Notes under the pieces: generated by a model | Databases searched by the model: none | What the model saw: the letters and a program-made list of their open reading frames with translations, nothing else | What the model was told of the DNA's origin: nothing | Assembly: GCA_964057225.1 (NCBI GenBank) | Contig: OZ059900.1 | Span: 22,196,001-22,260,000 of the forward strand | Origin: Auanema rhodensis | Lineage: Eukaryota > Animalia > Nematoda | Direction: 5' to 3' | DNA: 64,000 bases | Shown: positions 42,301-54,694 of the stretch, one piece after another | How positions within the stretch are numbered: the first letter of the stretch is position 1 | Layout: every line of letters starts with the position of its first letter | Made by a program: the position numbers and the translations under genes

Positions 42301-45300
42301 TCAGCATGTAAAATGCTTCATTTTAGTATGTAACACGATGAAATTCGTTGCATTTGACGACTCATATGAACAAAAATCGATTTAATCAATATTAGCCATA
42401 AGGGGCGTGCCCTCAGAATATGCTAATTTCATTAATTTTCTAACCCCTGTTTTTTTGTCGTGAAAGTGGAACTAGACGTTGTAGGAACAATTTTGAGCTA
42501 GGTTTCATTGACATTGCATGAGTTTGAACACATGAAATCGTAAGTCAAAACCTTGTTTACAGCGAAATTTCCAAAAACTGGTTTTCCAGCATAATAAAAT
42601 ATTTCTCATGGGAAATACTGTGTTTTTGTATTTTTCTAGTGTTCAGCATGTAAAATACTTCATTTTAGTATGTAACACGCTGAAATTCGTTGCATTTGAC
42701 GACTCATATGAACAAAAATCGATTTAATCAATATTAGCCATAAGGGGCGTGCCCTCAGAATATGCTAATTTCCTAAATTTTCTAACCCCTGTTTTTTTGT
42801 CGTGAAAGTGGAACTAGACGTTGTACGAACAATTTTGAGCTAGGTTTCATTGACATTGCATGAGTTTGAACACATGAAATCGTAAGTCAAAACCTTGTTT
42901 ACAGCGAAATTTCCAAAAACTGGTTTTCCAGCATAATAAAATATTTCTCATGGGAAATACTGTGTTTTTGTATTTTTCTAGTGTTCAGCATGTAAAATGC
43001 TTCATTTTAGTATGTAACACGCTGAAATTCGTTGCATTTGACGACTCATATGAACAAAAATCGATTTAATCAATATTAGCCATAAGGGGCGTGCCCTCAG
43101 AATATGCTAATTTCCTTAATTTTCTAACCCCTGTTTTTTTGTCGTGAAAGTGGAACTAGACGTTGTACGAACAATTTTGAGCTAGGTTTCATTGACATTG
43201 CATGAGTTTGAACACATGAAATCGTAAGTCAAAACCTTGTTTACAGCGAAAATTCCAAAAACTGGTTTTCCAGCATAATAAAATATTTCTCATGGGAAAT
43301 ACTGTGTTTTTGTATTTTTCTAGTGTTCAGCATGTAAAATGCTTCATTTTAGTATGTAACACGCTGAAATTCGTTGCATTTGACTACTCATATGAACAAA
43401 AATCGATTTAATCAATATTAGCCATAAGGGGCGTGCCCTCAGAATATGCTAATTTCCTTAATTTTCTAACCCCTGTTTTTTTGTCGTGAAAGTGGAACTA
43501 GACGTTGTACAAACAATTTTGAGCTAGGTTTCATTGACATTGCATGAGTTTGAACACATGAAATCGTAAGTCAAAACCTTGTTTACAGCGAAATTTCCAA
43601 AAACTGGTTTTCCAGCATAATAAAATATTTCTCATGAGAAATACTGTGTTTTTGTATTTTTCTAGTGTTCAGCATGTAAAATGCTTAATTTTAGTATGTA
43701 ACACGATGAAATTCGTTGCATTTGACGACTCATATGAACAAAAATCGATTTAATCAATATTAGCCATAAGGGGCGTGCCCTCAGAATATGCTAATTTCAT
43801 TAATTTTCTAACCCCTGTTTTTTTGTCGTGAAAGTGGAACTAGACGTTGTAGGAACAATTTTGAGCTAGGTTTCATTGACATTGCATGAGTTTGAACACA
43901 TGAAATCGTAAGTCAAAACCTTGTTTACAGCGAAATTTCCAAAAACTGGTTTTCCAGCATAATAAAATATTTCTCATGGGAAATACTGTGTTTTTGTATT
44001 TTTCTAGTGTTCAGCATGTAAAATGTTTCATTTTAGTATGTAACACGCTGAAATTCGTTGCATTTGACGACTCATATGAACAAAAATCGATTTAATCAAT
44101 ATTAGCCATAAGGGGCGTGCCCTCAGAATATGCTAATTTCATTAATTTTCTAACCCCTGTTTTTTTGTCGTGAAAGTGGAACTAGACGTTGTAGGAACAA
44201 TTTTGAGCTAGGTTTCATTGACATTGCATGAGTTTGAACACATGAAATCGTAAGTCAAAACCTTGTTTACAGCGAAATTTCCAAAAACTGGTTTTCCAGC
44301 ATAATAAAATATTTCTCATGGGAAATACTGTGTTTTTGTATTTTTCTAGTGTTCAGCATGTAAAATACTTCATTTTAGTATGTAACACGCTGAAATTCGT
44401 TGCATTTGACGACTCATATGAACAAAAATCGATTTAATCAATATTAGCCATAAGGGGCGTGCCCTCAGAATATGCTAATTTCCTAAATTTTCTAACCCCT
44501 GTTTTTTTGTCGTGAAAGTGGAACTAGACGTTGTACGAACAATTTTGAGCTAGGTTTCATTGACATTGCATGAGTTTGAACACATGAAATCGTAAGTCAA
44601 AACCTTGTTTACAGCGAAATTTCCAAAAACTGGTTTTCCAGCATAATAAAATATTTCTCATGGGAAATACTGTGTTTTTGTATTTTTCTAGTGTTCAGCA
44701 TGTAAAATGCTTCATTTTAGTATGTAACACGCTGAAATTCGTTGCATTTGACGACTCATATGAACAAAAATCGATTTAATCAATATTAGCCATAAGGGGC
44801 GTGCCCTCAGAATATGCTAATTTCCTTAATTTTCTAACCCCTGTTTTTTTGTCGTGAAAGTGGAACTAGACGTTGTACGAACAATTTTGAGCTAGGTTTC
44901 ATTGACATTGCATGAGTTTGAACACATGAAATCGTAAGTCAAAACCTTGTTTACAGCGAAAATTCCAAAAACTGGTTTTCCAGCATAATAAAATATTTCT
45001 CATGGGAAATACTGTGTTTTTGTATTTTTCTAGTGTTCAGCATGTAAAATGCTTCATTTTAGTATGTAACACGCTGAAATTCGTTGCATTTGACTACTCA
45101 TATGAACAAAAATCGATTTAATCAATATTAGCCATAAGGGGCGTGCCCTCAGAATATGCTAATTTCCTAAATTTTCTAACCCCTGTTTTTTTGTCGTGAA
45201 AGTGGAACTAGACGTTGTACGAACAATTTTGAGCTAGGTTTCATTGACATTGCATGAGTTTGAACACATGAAATCGTAAGTCAAAACCTTGTTTACAGCG

Positions 45301-48300
45301 AAAATTCCAAAAACTGGTTTTCCAGCATAATAAAATATTTCTCATGGGAAATACTGTGTTTTTGTATTTTTCTAGTGTTCAGCATGTAAAATGCTTCATT
45401 TTAGTATGTAACACGCTGAAATTCGTTGCATTTGACTACTCATATGAACAAAAATCGATTTAATCAATATTAGCCATAAGGGGCGTGCCCTCAGAATATG
45501 CTAATTTCCTTAATTTTCTAACCCCTGTTTTTTTGTCGTGAAAGTGGAACTAGACGTTGTACAAACAATTTTGAGCTAGGTTTCATTGACATTGCATGAG
45601 TTTGAACACATGAAATCGTAAGTCAAAACCTTGTTTACAGCGAAATTTCCAAAAACTGGTTTTCCAGCATAATAAAATATTTCTCATGAGAAATACTGTG
45701 TTTTTGTATTTTTCTAGTGTTCAGCATGTAAAATGCTTCATTTTAGTATGTAACACGATGAAATTCGTTGCATTTGACGACTCATATGAACAAAAATCGA
45801 TTTAATCAATATTAGCCATAAGGGGCGTGCCCTCAGAATATGCTAATTTCATTAATTTTCTAACCCCTGTTTTTTTGTCGTGAAAGTGGAACTAGACGTT
45901 GTAGGAACAATTTTGAGCTAGGTTTCATTGACATTGCATGAGTTTGAACACATGAAATCGTAAGTCAAAACCTTGTTTACAGCGAAATTTCCAAAAACTG
46001 GTTTTCCAGCATAATAAAATATTTCTCATGGGAAATACTGTGTTTTTGTATTTTTCTAGTGTTCAGCATGTAAAATACTTCATTTTAGTATGTAACACGC
46101 TGAAATTCGTTGCATTTGACGACTCATATGAACAAAAATCGATTTAATCAATATTAGCCATAAGGGGCGTGCCCTCAGAATATGCTAATTTCCTAAATTT
46201 TCTAACCCCTGTTTTTTTGTCGTGAAAGTGGAACTAAACGTTGTACGAACAATTTTGAGCTAGGTTTCATTGACATTGCATGAGTTTGAACACATGAAAT
46301 CGTAAGTCAAAACCTTGTTTACAGCGAAATTTCCAAAAACTGGTTTTCCAGCATAATAAAATATTTCTCATGGGAAATACTGTGTTTTTGTATTTTTCTA
46401 GTGTTCAGCATGTAAAATGCTTCATTTTAGTATGTAACACGCTGAAATTCGTTGCATTTGACGACTCATATGAACAAAAATCGATTTAATCAATATTAGC
46501 CATAAGGGGCGTGCCCTCAGAATATGCTAATTTCCTTAATTTTCTAACCCCTGTTTTTTTGTCGTGAAAGTGGAACTAGACGTTGTACGAACAATTTTGA
46601 GCTAGGTTTCATTGACATTGCATGAGTTTGAACACATGAAATCGTAAGTCAAAACCTTGTTTACAGCGAAAATTCCAAAAACTGGTTTTCCAGCATAATA
46701 AAATATTTCTCATGGGAAATACTGTGTTTTTGTATTTTTCTAGTGTTCAGCATGTAAAATGCTTCATTTTAGTATGTAACACGCTGAAATTCGTTGCATT
46801 TGACTACTCATATGAACAAAAATCGATTTAATCAATATTAGCCATAAGGGGCGTGCCCTCAGAATATGCTAATTTCCTTAATTTTCTAACCCCTGTTTTT
46901 TTGTCGTGAAAGTGGAACTAGACGTTGTACAAACAATTTTGAGCTAGGTTTCATTGACATTGCATGAGTTTGAACACATGAAATCGTAAGTCAAAACCTT
47001 GTTTACAGCGAAATTTCCAAAAACTGGTTTTCCAGCATAATAAAATATTTCTCATGAGAAATACTGTGTTTTTGTATTTTTCTAGTGTTCAGCATGTAAA
47101 ATGCTTAATTTTAGTATGTAACACGATGAAATTCGTTGCATTTGACGACTCATATGAACAAAAATCGATTTAATCAATATTAGCCATAAGGGGCGTGCCC
47201 TCAGAATATGCTAATTTCATTAATTTTCTAACCCCTGTTTTTTTGTCGTGAAAGTGGAACTAGACGTTGTAGGAACAATTTTGAGCTAGGTTTCATTGAC
47301 ATTGCATGAGTTTGAACACATGAAATCGTAAGTCAAAACCTTGTTTACAGCGAAATTTCCAAAAACTGGTTTTCCAGCATAATAAAATATTTCTCATGGG
47401 AAATACTGTGTTTTTGTATTTTTCTAGTGTTCAGCATGTAAAATGCTTCATTTTAGTATGTAACACGCTGAAATTCGTTGCATTTGACGACTCATATGAA
47501 CAAAAATCGATTTAATCAATATTAGCCATAAGGGGCGTGCCCTCAGAATATGCTAATTTCCTTAATTTTCTAACCCCTGTTTTTTTGTCGTGAAAGTGGA
47601 ACTAGACGTTGTACGAACATTTTTGAGCTAGGTTTCATTGACATTGCATGAGTTTGAACACATGAAATCGTAAGTCAAAACCTTGTTTACAGCGAAAATT
47701 CCAAAAACTGGTTTTCCAGCATAATAAAATATTTCTCATGGGAAATACTGTGTTTTTGTATTTTTCTAGTGTTCAGCATGTAAAATACTTCATTTTAGTA
47801 TGTAACACGCTGAAATTCGTTGCATTTGACGACTCATATGAACAAAAATCGATTTAATCAATATTAGCCATAAGGGGCGTGCCCTCAGAATATGCTAATT
47901 TCCTAAATTTTCTAACCCCTGTTTTTTTGTCGTGAAAGTGGAACTAGACGTTGTACGAACAATTTTGAGCTAGGTTTCATTGACATTGCATGAGTTTGAA
48001 CACATGAAATCGTAAGTCAAAACCTTGTTTACAGCGAAAATTCCAAAAACTGGTTTTCCAGCATAATAAAATATTTCTCATGGGAAATACTGTGTTTTTG
48101 TATTTTTCTAGTGTTCAGCATGTAAAATGCTTCATTTTAGTATGTAACACGCTGAAATTCGTTGCATTTGACTACTCATATGAACAAAAATCGATTTAAT
48201 CAATATTAGCCATAAGGGGCGTGCCCTCAGAATATGCTAATTTCCTTAATTTTCTAACCCCTGTTTTTTTGTCGTGAAAGTGGAACTAGACGTTGTACAA

Positions 48301-51300
48301 ACAATTTTGAGCTAGGTTTCATTGACATTGCATGAGTTTGAACACATGAAATCGTAAGTCAAAACCTTGTTTACAGCGAAATTTCCAAAAACTGGTTTTC
48401 CAGCATAATAAAATATTTCTCATGAGAAATACTGTGTTTTTGTATTTTTCTAGTGTTCAGCATGTAAAATGCTTCATTTTAGTATGTAACACGCTGAAAT
48501 TCGTTGCATTTGACTACTCATATGAACAAAAATCGATTTAATCAATATTAGCCATAAGGGGCGTGCCCTCAGAATATGCTAATTTCATTAATTTTCTAAC
48601 CCCTGTTTTTTTGTCGTGAAAGTGGAACTAGACGTTGTAGGAACAATTTTGAGCTAGGTTTCATTGACATTGCATGAGTTTGAACACATGAAATCGTAAG
48701 TCAAAACCTTGTTTACAGCGAAATTTCCAAAAACTGGTTTTCCAGCATAATAAAATATTTCTCATGGGAAATACTGTGTTTTTGTATTTTTCTAGTGTTC
48801 AGCATGTAAAATGCTTCATTTTAGTATGTAACACGCTGAAATTCGTTGCATTTGACGACTCATATGAACAAAAATCGATTTAATCAATATTAGCCATAAG
48901 GGGCGTGCCCTCAGAATATGCTAATTTCCTTAATTTTCTAACCCCTGTTTTTTTGTCGTGAAAGTGGAACTAGACGTTGTACGAACAATTTTGAGCTAGG
49001 TTTCATTGACATTGCATGAGTTTGAACACATGAAATCGTAAGTCAAAACCTTGTTTACAGCGAAAATTCCAAAAACTGGTTTTCCAGCATAATAAAATAT
49101 TTCTCATGGGAAATACTGTGTTTTTGTATTTTTCTAGTGTTCAGCATGTAAAATACTTCATTTTAGTATGTAACACGCTGAAATTCGTTGCATTTGACGA
49201 CTCATATGAACAAAAATCGATTTAATCAATATTAGCCATAAGGGGCGTGCCCTCAGAATATGCTAATTTCCTAAATTTTCTAACCCCTGTTTTTTTGTCG
49301 TGAAAGTGGAACTAGACGTTGTACGAACAATTTTGAGCTAGGTTTCATTGACATTGCATGAGTTTGAACACATGAAATCGTAAGTCAAAACCTTGTTTAC
49401 AGCGAAAATTCCAAAAACTGGTTTTCCAGCATAATAAAATATTTCTCATGGGAAATACTGTGTTTTTGTATTTTTCTAGTGTTCAGCATGTAAAATGCTT
49501 CATTTTAGTATGTAACACGCTGAAATTCGTTGCATTTGACTACTCATATGAACAAAAATCGATTTAATCAATATTAGCCATAAGGGGCGTGCCCTCAGAA
49601 TATGCTAATTTCCTTAATTTTCTAACCCCTGTTTTTTTGTCGTGAAAGTGGAACTAGACGTTGTACAAACAATTTTGAGCTAGGTTTCATTGACATTGCA
49701 TGAGTTTGAACACATGAAATCGTAAGTCAAAACCTTGTTTACAGCGAAATTTCCAAAAACTGGTTTTCCAGCATAATAAAATATTTCTCATGAGAAATAC
49801 TGTGTTTTTGTATTTTTCTAGTGTTCAGCATGTAAAATGCTTCATTTTAGTATGTAACACGATGAAATTCGTTGCATTTGACGACTCATATGAACAAAAA
49901 TCGATTTAATCAATATTAGCCATAAGGGGCGTGCCCTCAGAATATGCTAATTTCATTAATTTTCTAACCCCTGTTTTTTTGTCGTGAAAGTGGAACTAGA
50001 CGTTGTAGGAACAATTTTGAGCTAGGTTTCATTGACATTGCATGAGTTTGAACACATGAAATCGTAAGTCAAAACCTTGTTTACAGCGAAAATTCCAAAA
50101 ACTGGTTTTCCAGCATAATAAAATATTTCTCATGGGAAATACTGTGTTTTTGTATTTTTCTAGTGTTCAGCATGTAAAATACTTCATTTTAGTATGTAAC
50201 ACGCTGAAATTCGTTGCATTTGACGACTCATATGAACAAAAATCGATTTAATCAATATTAGCCATAAGGGGCGTGCCCTCAGAATATGCTAATTTCCTAA
50301 ATTTTCTAACCCCTGTTTTTTTGTCGTGAAAGTGGAACTAGACGTTGTACGAACAATTTTGAGCTAGGTTTCATTGACATTGCATGAGTTTGAACACATG
50401 AAATCGTAAGTCAAAACCTTGTTTACAGCGAAAATTCCAAAAACTGGTTTTCCAGCATAATAAAATATTTCTCATGGGAAATACTGTGTTTTTGTATTTT
50501 TCTAGTGTTCAGCATGTAAAATGCTTCATTTTAGTATGTAACACGCTGAAATTCGTTGCATTTGACTACTCATATGAACAAAAATCGATTTAATCAATAT
50601 TAGCCATAAGGGGCGTGCCCTCAGAATATGCTAATTTCCTTAATTTTCTAACCCCTGTTTTTTTGTCGTGAAAGTGGAACTAGACGTTGTACAAACAATT
50701 TTGAGCTAGGTTTCATTGACATTGCATGAGTTTGAACACATGAAATCGTAAGTCAAAACCTTGTTTACAGCGAAATTTCCAAAAACTGGTTTTCCAGCAT
50801 AATAAAATATTTCTCATGAGAAATACTGTGTTTTTGTATTTTTCTAGTGTTCAGCATGTAAAATGCTTCATTTTAGTATGTAACACGCTGAAATTCGTTG
50901 CATTTGACTACTCATATGAACAAAAATCGATTTAATCAATATTAGCCATAAGGGGCGTGCCCTCAGAATATGCTAATTTCATTAATTTTCTAACCCCTGT
51001 TTTTTTGTCGTGAAAGTGGAACTAGACGTTGTAGGAACAATTTTGAGCTAGGTTTCATTGACATTGCATGAGTTTGAACACATGAAATCGTAAGTCAAAA
51101 CCTTGTTTACAGCGAAATTTCCAAAAACTGGTTTTCCAGCATAATAAAATATTTCTCATGGGAAATACTGTGTTTTTGTATTTTTCTAGTGTTCAGCATG
51201 TAAAATGCTTCATTTTAGTATGTAACACGCTGAAATTCGTTGCATTTGACGACTCATATGAACAAAAATCGATTTAATCAATATTAGCCATAAGGGGCGT

Positions 51301-52624
51301 GCCCTCAGAATATGCTAATTTCCTTAATTTTCTAACCCCTGTTTTTTTGTCGTGAAAGTGGAACTAGACGTTGTACGAACAATTTTGAGCTAGGTTTCAT
51401 TGACATTGCATGAGTTTGAACACATGAAATCGTAAGTCAAAACCTTGTTTACAGCGAAAATTCCAAAAACTGGTTTTCCAGCATAATAAAATATTTCTCA
51501 TGGGAAATACTGTGTTTTTGTATTTTTCTAGTGTTCAGCATGTAAAATACTTCATTTTAGTATGTAACACGCTGAAATTCGTTGCATTTGACGACTCATA
51601 TGAACAAAAATCGATTTAATCAATATTAGCCATAAGGGGCGTGCCCTCAGAATATGCTAATTTCCTAAATTTTCTAACCCCTGTTTTTTTGTCGTGAAAG
51701 TGGAACTAGACGTTGTACGAACAATTTTGAGCTAGGTTTCATTGACATTGCATGAGTTTGAACACATGAAATCGTAAGTCAAAACCTTGTTTACAGCGAA
51801 AATTCCAAAAACTGGTTTTCCAGCATAATAAAATATTTCTCATGGGAAATACTGTGTTTTTGTATTTTTCTAGTGTTCAGCATGTAAAATGCTTCATTTT
51901 AGTATGTAACACGCTGAAATTCGTTGCATTTGACTACTCATATGAACAAAAATCGATTTAATCAATATTAGCCATAAGGGGCGTGCCCTCAGAATATGCT
52001 AATTTCCTTAATTTTCTAACCCCTGTTTTTTTGTCGTGAAAGTGGAACTAGACGTTGTACAAACAATTTTGAGCTAGGTTTCATTGACATTGCATGAGTT
52101 TGAACACATGAAATCGTAAGTCAAAACCTTGTTTACAGCGAAATTTCCAAAAACTGGTTTTCCAGCATAATAAAATATTTCTCATGAGAAATACTGTGTT
52201 TTTGTATTTTTCTAGTGTTCAGCATGTAAAATGCTTCATTTTAGTATGTAACACGATGAAATTCGTTGCATTTGACGACTCATATGAACAAAAATCGATT
52301 TAATCAATATTAGCCATAAGGGGCGTGCCCTCAGAATATGCTAATTTCATTAATTTTCTAACCCCTGTTTTTTTGTCGTGAAAGTGGAACTAGACGTTGT
52401 AGGAACAATTTTGAGCTAGGTTTCATTGACATTGCATGAGTTTGAACACATGAAATCGTAAGTCAAAACCTTGTTTACAGCGAAATTTCCAAAAACTGGT
52501 TTTCCAGCATAATAAAATATTTCTCATGGGAAATACTGTGTTTTTGTATTTTTCTAGTGTTCAGCATGTAAAATGCTTCATTTTAGTATGTAACACGCTG
52601 AAATTCGTTGCATTTGACGACTCA
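1..52624 (+). repeat. Head-to-tail forward array: 153 full monomers plus a partial 154th (m1-304)
   Basis: Monomer n=153 starts at 52321 = 1+153x342-6. This matches six 1-bp deletions seen: T-run 7>6 in the monomers at 3421, 12312, 21202 and 21543, loss of A near 13492, and loss of T near 34533. Other differences are mostly a small recurrent set of SNPs (C29A, T31A, C82G, G83A, A133G, T166A, G209A, G255A, C259A, C278A, G299T). Confidence 0.97.
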
Positions 52625-52650
52625 CATTGAAATCGATTTTTGTTCATATG
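52596..52650. other. Junction J1 (forward to reverse): 55-nt asymmetric centre of a long inverted repeat; 6 copies in the window
   Basis: Forward sequence ends at m304. It is followed by CATTG, then the reverse complement of m303-323 (52630-52650), then a jump to reverse m275, so reverse m302-276 (27 nt) is missing. Confidence 0.92.
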
Positions 52651-54276
52651 TGTTACATACTAAAATGAAGCATTTTACATGCTGAACACTAGAAAAATAC
52701 AAAAACACAGTATTTCTCATGAGAAATATTTTATTATGCTGGAAAACCAGTTTTTGGAAATTTCGCTGTAAACAAGGTTTTGACTTACGATTTCATGTGT
52801 TCAAACTCATGCAATGTCAATGAAACCTAGCTCAAAATTGTTTGTACAACGTCTAGTTCCACTTTCACGACAAAAAAACAAGGGTTAGAAAATTAAGGAA
52901 ATTAGCATATTCTGAGGGCACGCCCCTTATGGCTAATATTGATTAAATCGATTTTTGTTCATATGAGTAGTCAAATGCAACGAATTTCAGCGTGTTACAT
53001 ACTAAAATGAACCATTTTACATGCTGAACACTAGAAAAATACAAAAACACAGTATTTCCCATGAGAAATATTTTATTATGCTGGAAAACCAGTTTTTGGA
53101 ATTTTCGCTGTAAACAAGGTTTTGACTTACGATTTCATGTGTTCAAACTCATGCAATGTCAATGAAACCTAGCTCAAAATTGTTCGTACAACGTCTAGTT
53201 CCACTTTCACGACAAAAAAACAGGGGTTAGAAAATTTAGGAAATTAGCATATTCTGAGGGCACGCCCCTTATGGCTAATATTGATTAAATCGATTTTTGT
53301 TCATATGAGTCGTCAAATGCAACGAATTTCAGCGTGTTACATACTAAAATGAAGCATTTTACATGCTGAACACTAGAAAAATACAAAAACACAGTATTTC
53401 CCATGAGAAATATTTTATTATGCTGGAAAACCAGTTTTTGGAAATTTCGCTGTAAACAAGGTTTTGACTTACGATTTCATGTGTTCAAACTCATGCAATG
53501 TCAATGAAACCTAGCTCAAAATTGTTCCTACAACGTCTAGTTCCACTTTCACGACAAAAAAACAGGGGTTAGAAAATTAATGAAATTAGCATATTCTGAG
53601 GGCACGCCCCTTATGGCTAATATTGATTAAATCGATTTTTGTTCATATGAGTCGTCAAATGCAACGAATTTCATCGTGTTACATACTAAAATTAAGCATT
53701 TTACATGCTGAACACTAGAAAAATACAAAAACACAGTATTTCTCATGAGAAATATTTTATTATGCTGGAAAACCAGTTTTTGGAAATTTCGCTGTAAACA
53801 AGGTTTTGACTTACGATTTCATGTGTTCAAACTCATGCAATGTCAATGAAACCTAGCTCAAAATTGTTTGTACAACGTCTAGTTCCACTTTCACGACAAA
53901 AAAACAGGGGTTAGAAAATTAAGGAAATTAGCATATTCTGAGGGCACGCCCCTTATGGCTAATATTGATTAAATCGATTTTTGTTCATATGAGTAGTCAA
54001 ATGCAACGAATTTCAGCGTGTTACATACTAAAATGAAGCATTTTACATGCTGAACACTAGAAAAATACAAAAACACAGTATTTCCCATGAGAAATATTTT
54101 ATTATGCTGGAAAACCAGTTTTTGGAATTTTCGCTGTAAACAAGGTTTTGACTTACGATTTCATGTGTTCAAACTCATGCAATGTCAATGAAACCTAGCT
54201 CAAAATTGTTCGTACAACGTCTAGTTCCACTTTCACGACAAAAAAACAGGGGTTAGAAAATTAAGGAAATTAGCAT
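52626..54276 (-). repeat. Inverted satellite block, HOR unit 1 (~4.8 monomers)
   Basis: Reverse complement of the monomer, ending at m18. It carries the marker variants CAAGGG (52881) and GAACC (53012). Confidence 0.96.
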
Positions 54277-54290
54277 TTTTCTAGTGTTCA
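54265..54290. other. Junction J2 (reverse to forward) with 2-nt AT microhomology; 5 copies in the window
   Basis: Reverse ...GGAAATTAGCAT (ending at m18) overlaps forward ATTTTTCTAGTG (starting at m228) at 54275-54276. The same join occurs at 56344, 58413, 60140 and 62209. Confidence 0.92.
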
Positions 54291-54693
54291 GCATGTAAAA
54301 TGCTTCATTTTAGTATGTAACACGCTGAAATTCGTTGCATTTGACGACTCATATGAACAAAAATCGATTTAATCAATATTAGCCATAAGGGGCGTGCCCT
54401 CAGAATATGCTAATTTCCTTAATTTTCTAACCCCTGTTTTTTTGTCGTGAAAGTGGAACTAGACGTTGTACGAACAATTTTGAGCTAGGTTTCATTGACA
54501 TTGCATGAGTTTGAACACATGAAATCGTAAGTCAAAACCTTGTTTACAGCGAAATTTCCAAAAACTGGTTTTCCAGCATAATAAAATAATTCTCATGAGA
54601 AATACTGTGTTTTTGTATTTTTCTAGTGTTCAGCATGTAAAATGCTTCATTTTAGTATGTAACACGCTGAAATTCGTTGCATTTGACGACTCA
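54275..54693 (+). repeat. Forward spacer of HOR unit 1 (m228-342 + m1-304; 419 bp)
   Basis: Plus-strand monomer sequence between the two junctions, with the private variant T200A (AAAATAATTCTCATGAGA) at 54589. Confidence 0.96.
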
Positions 54694-54694
54694 C

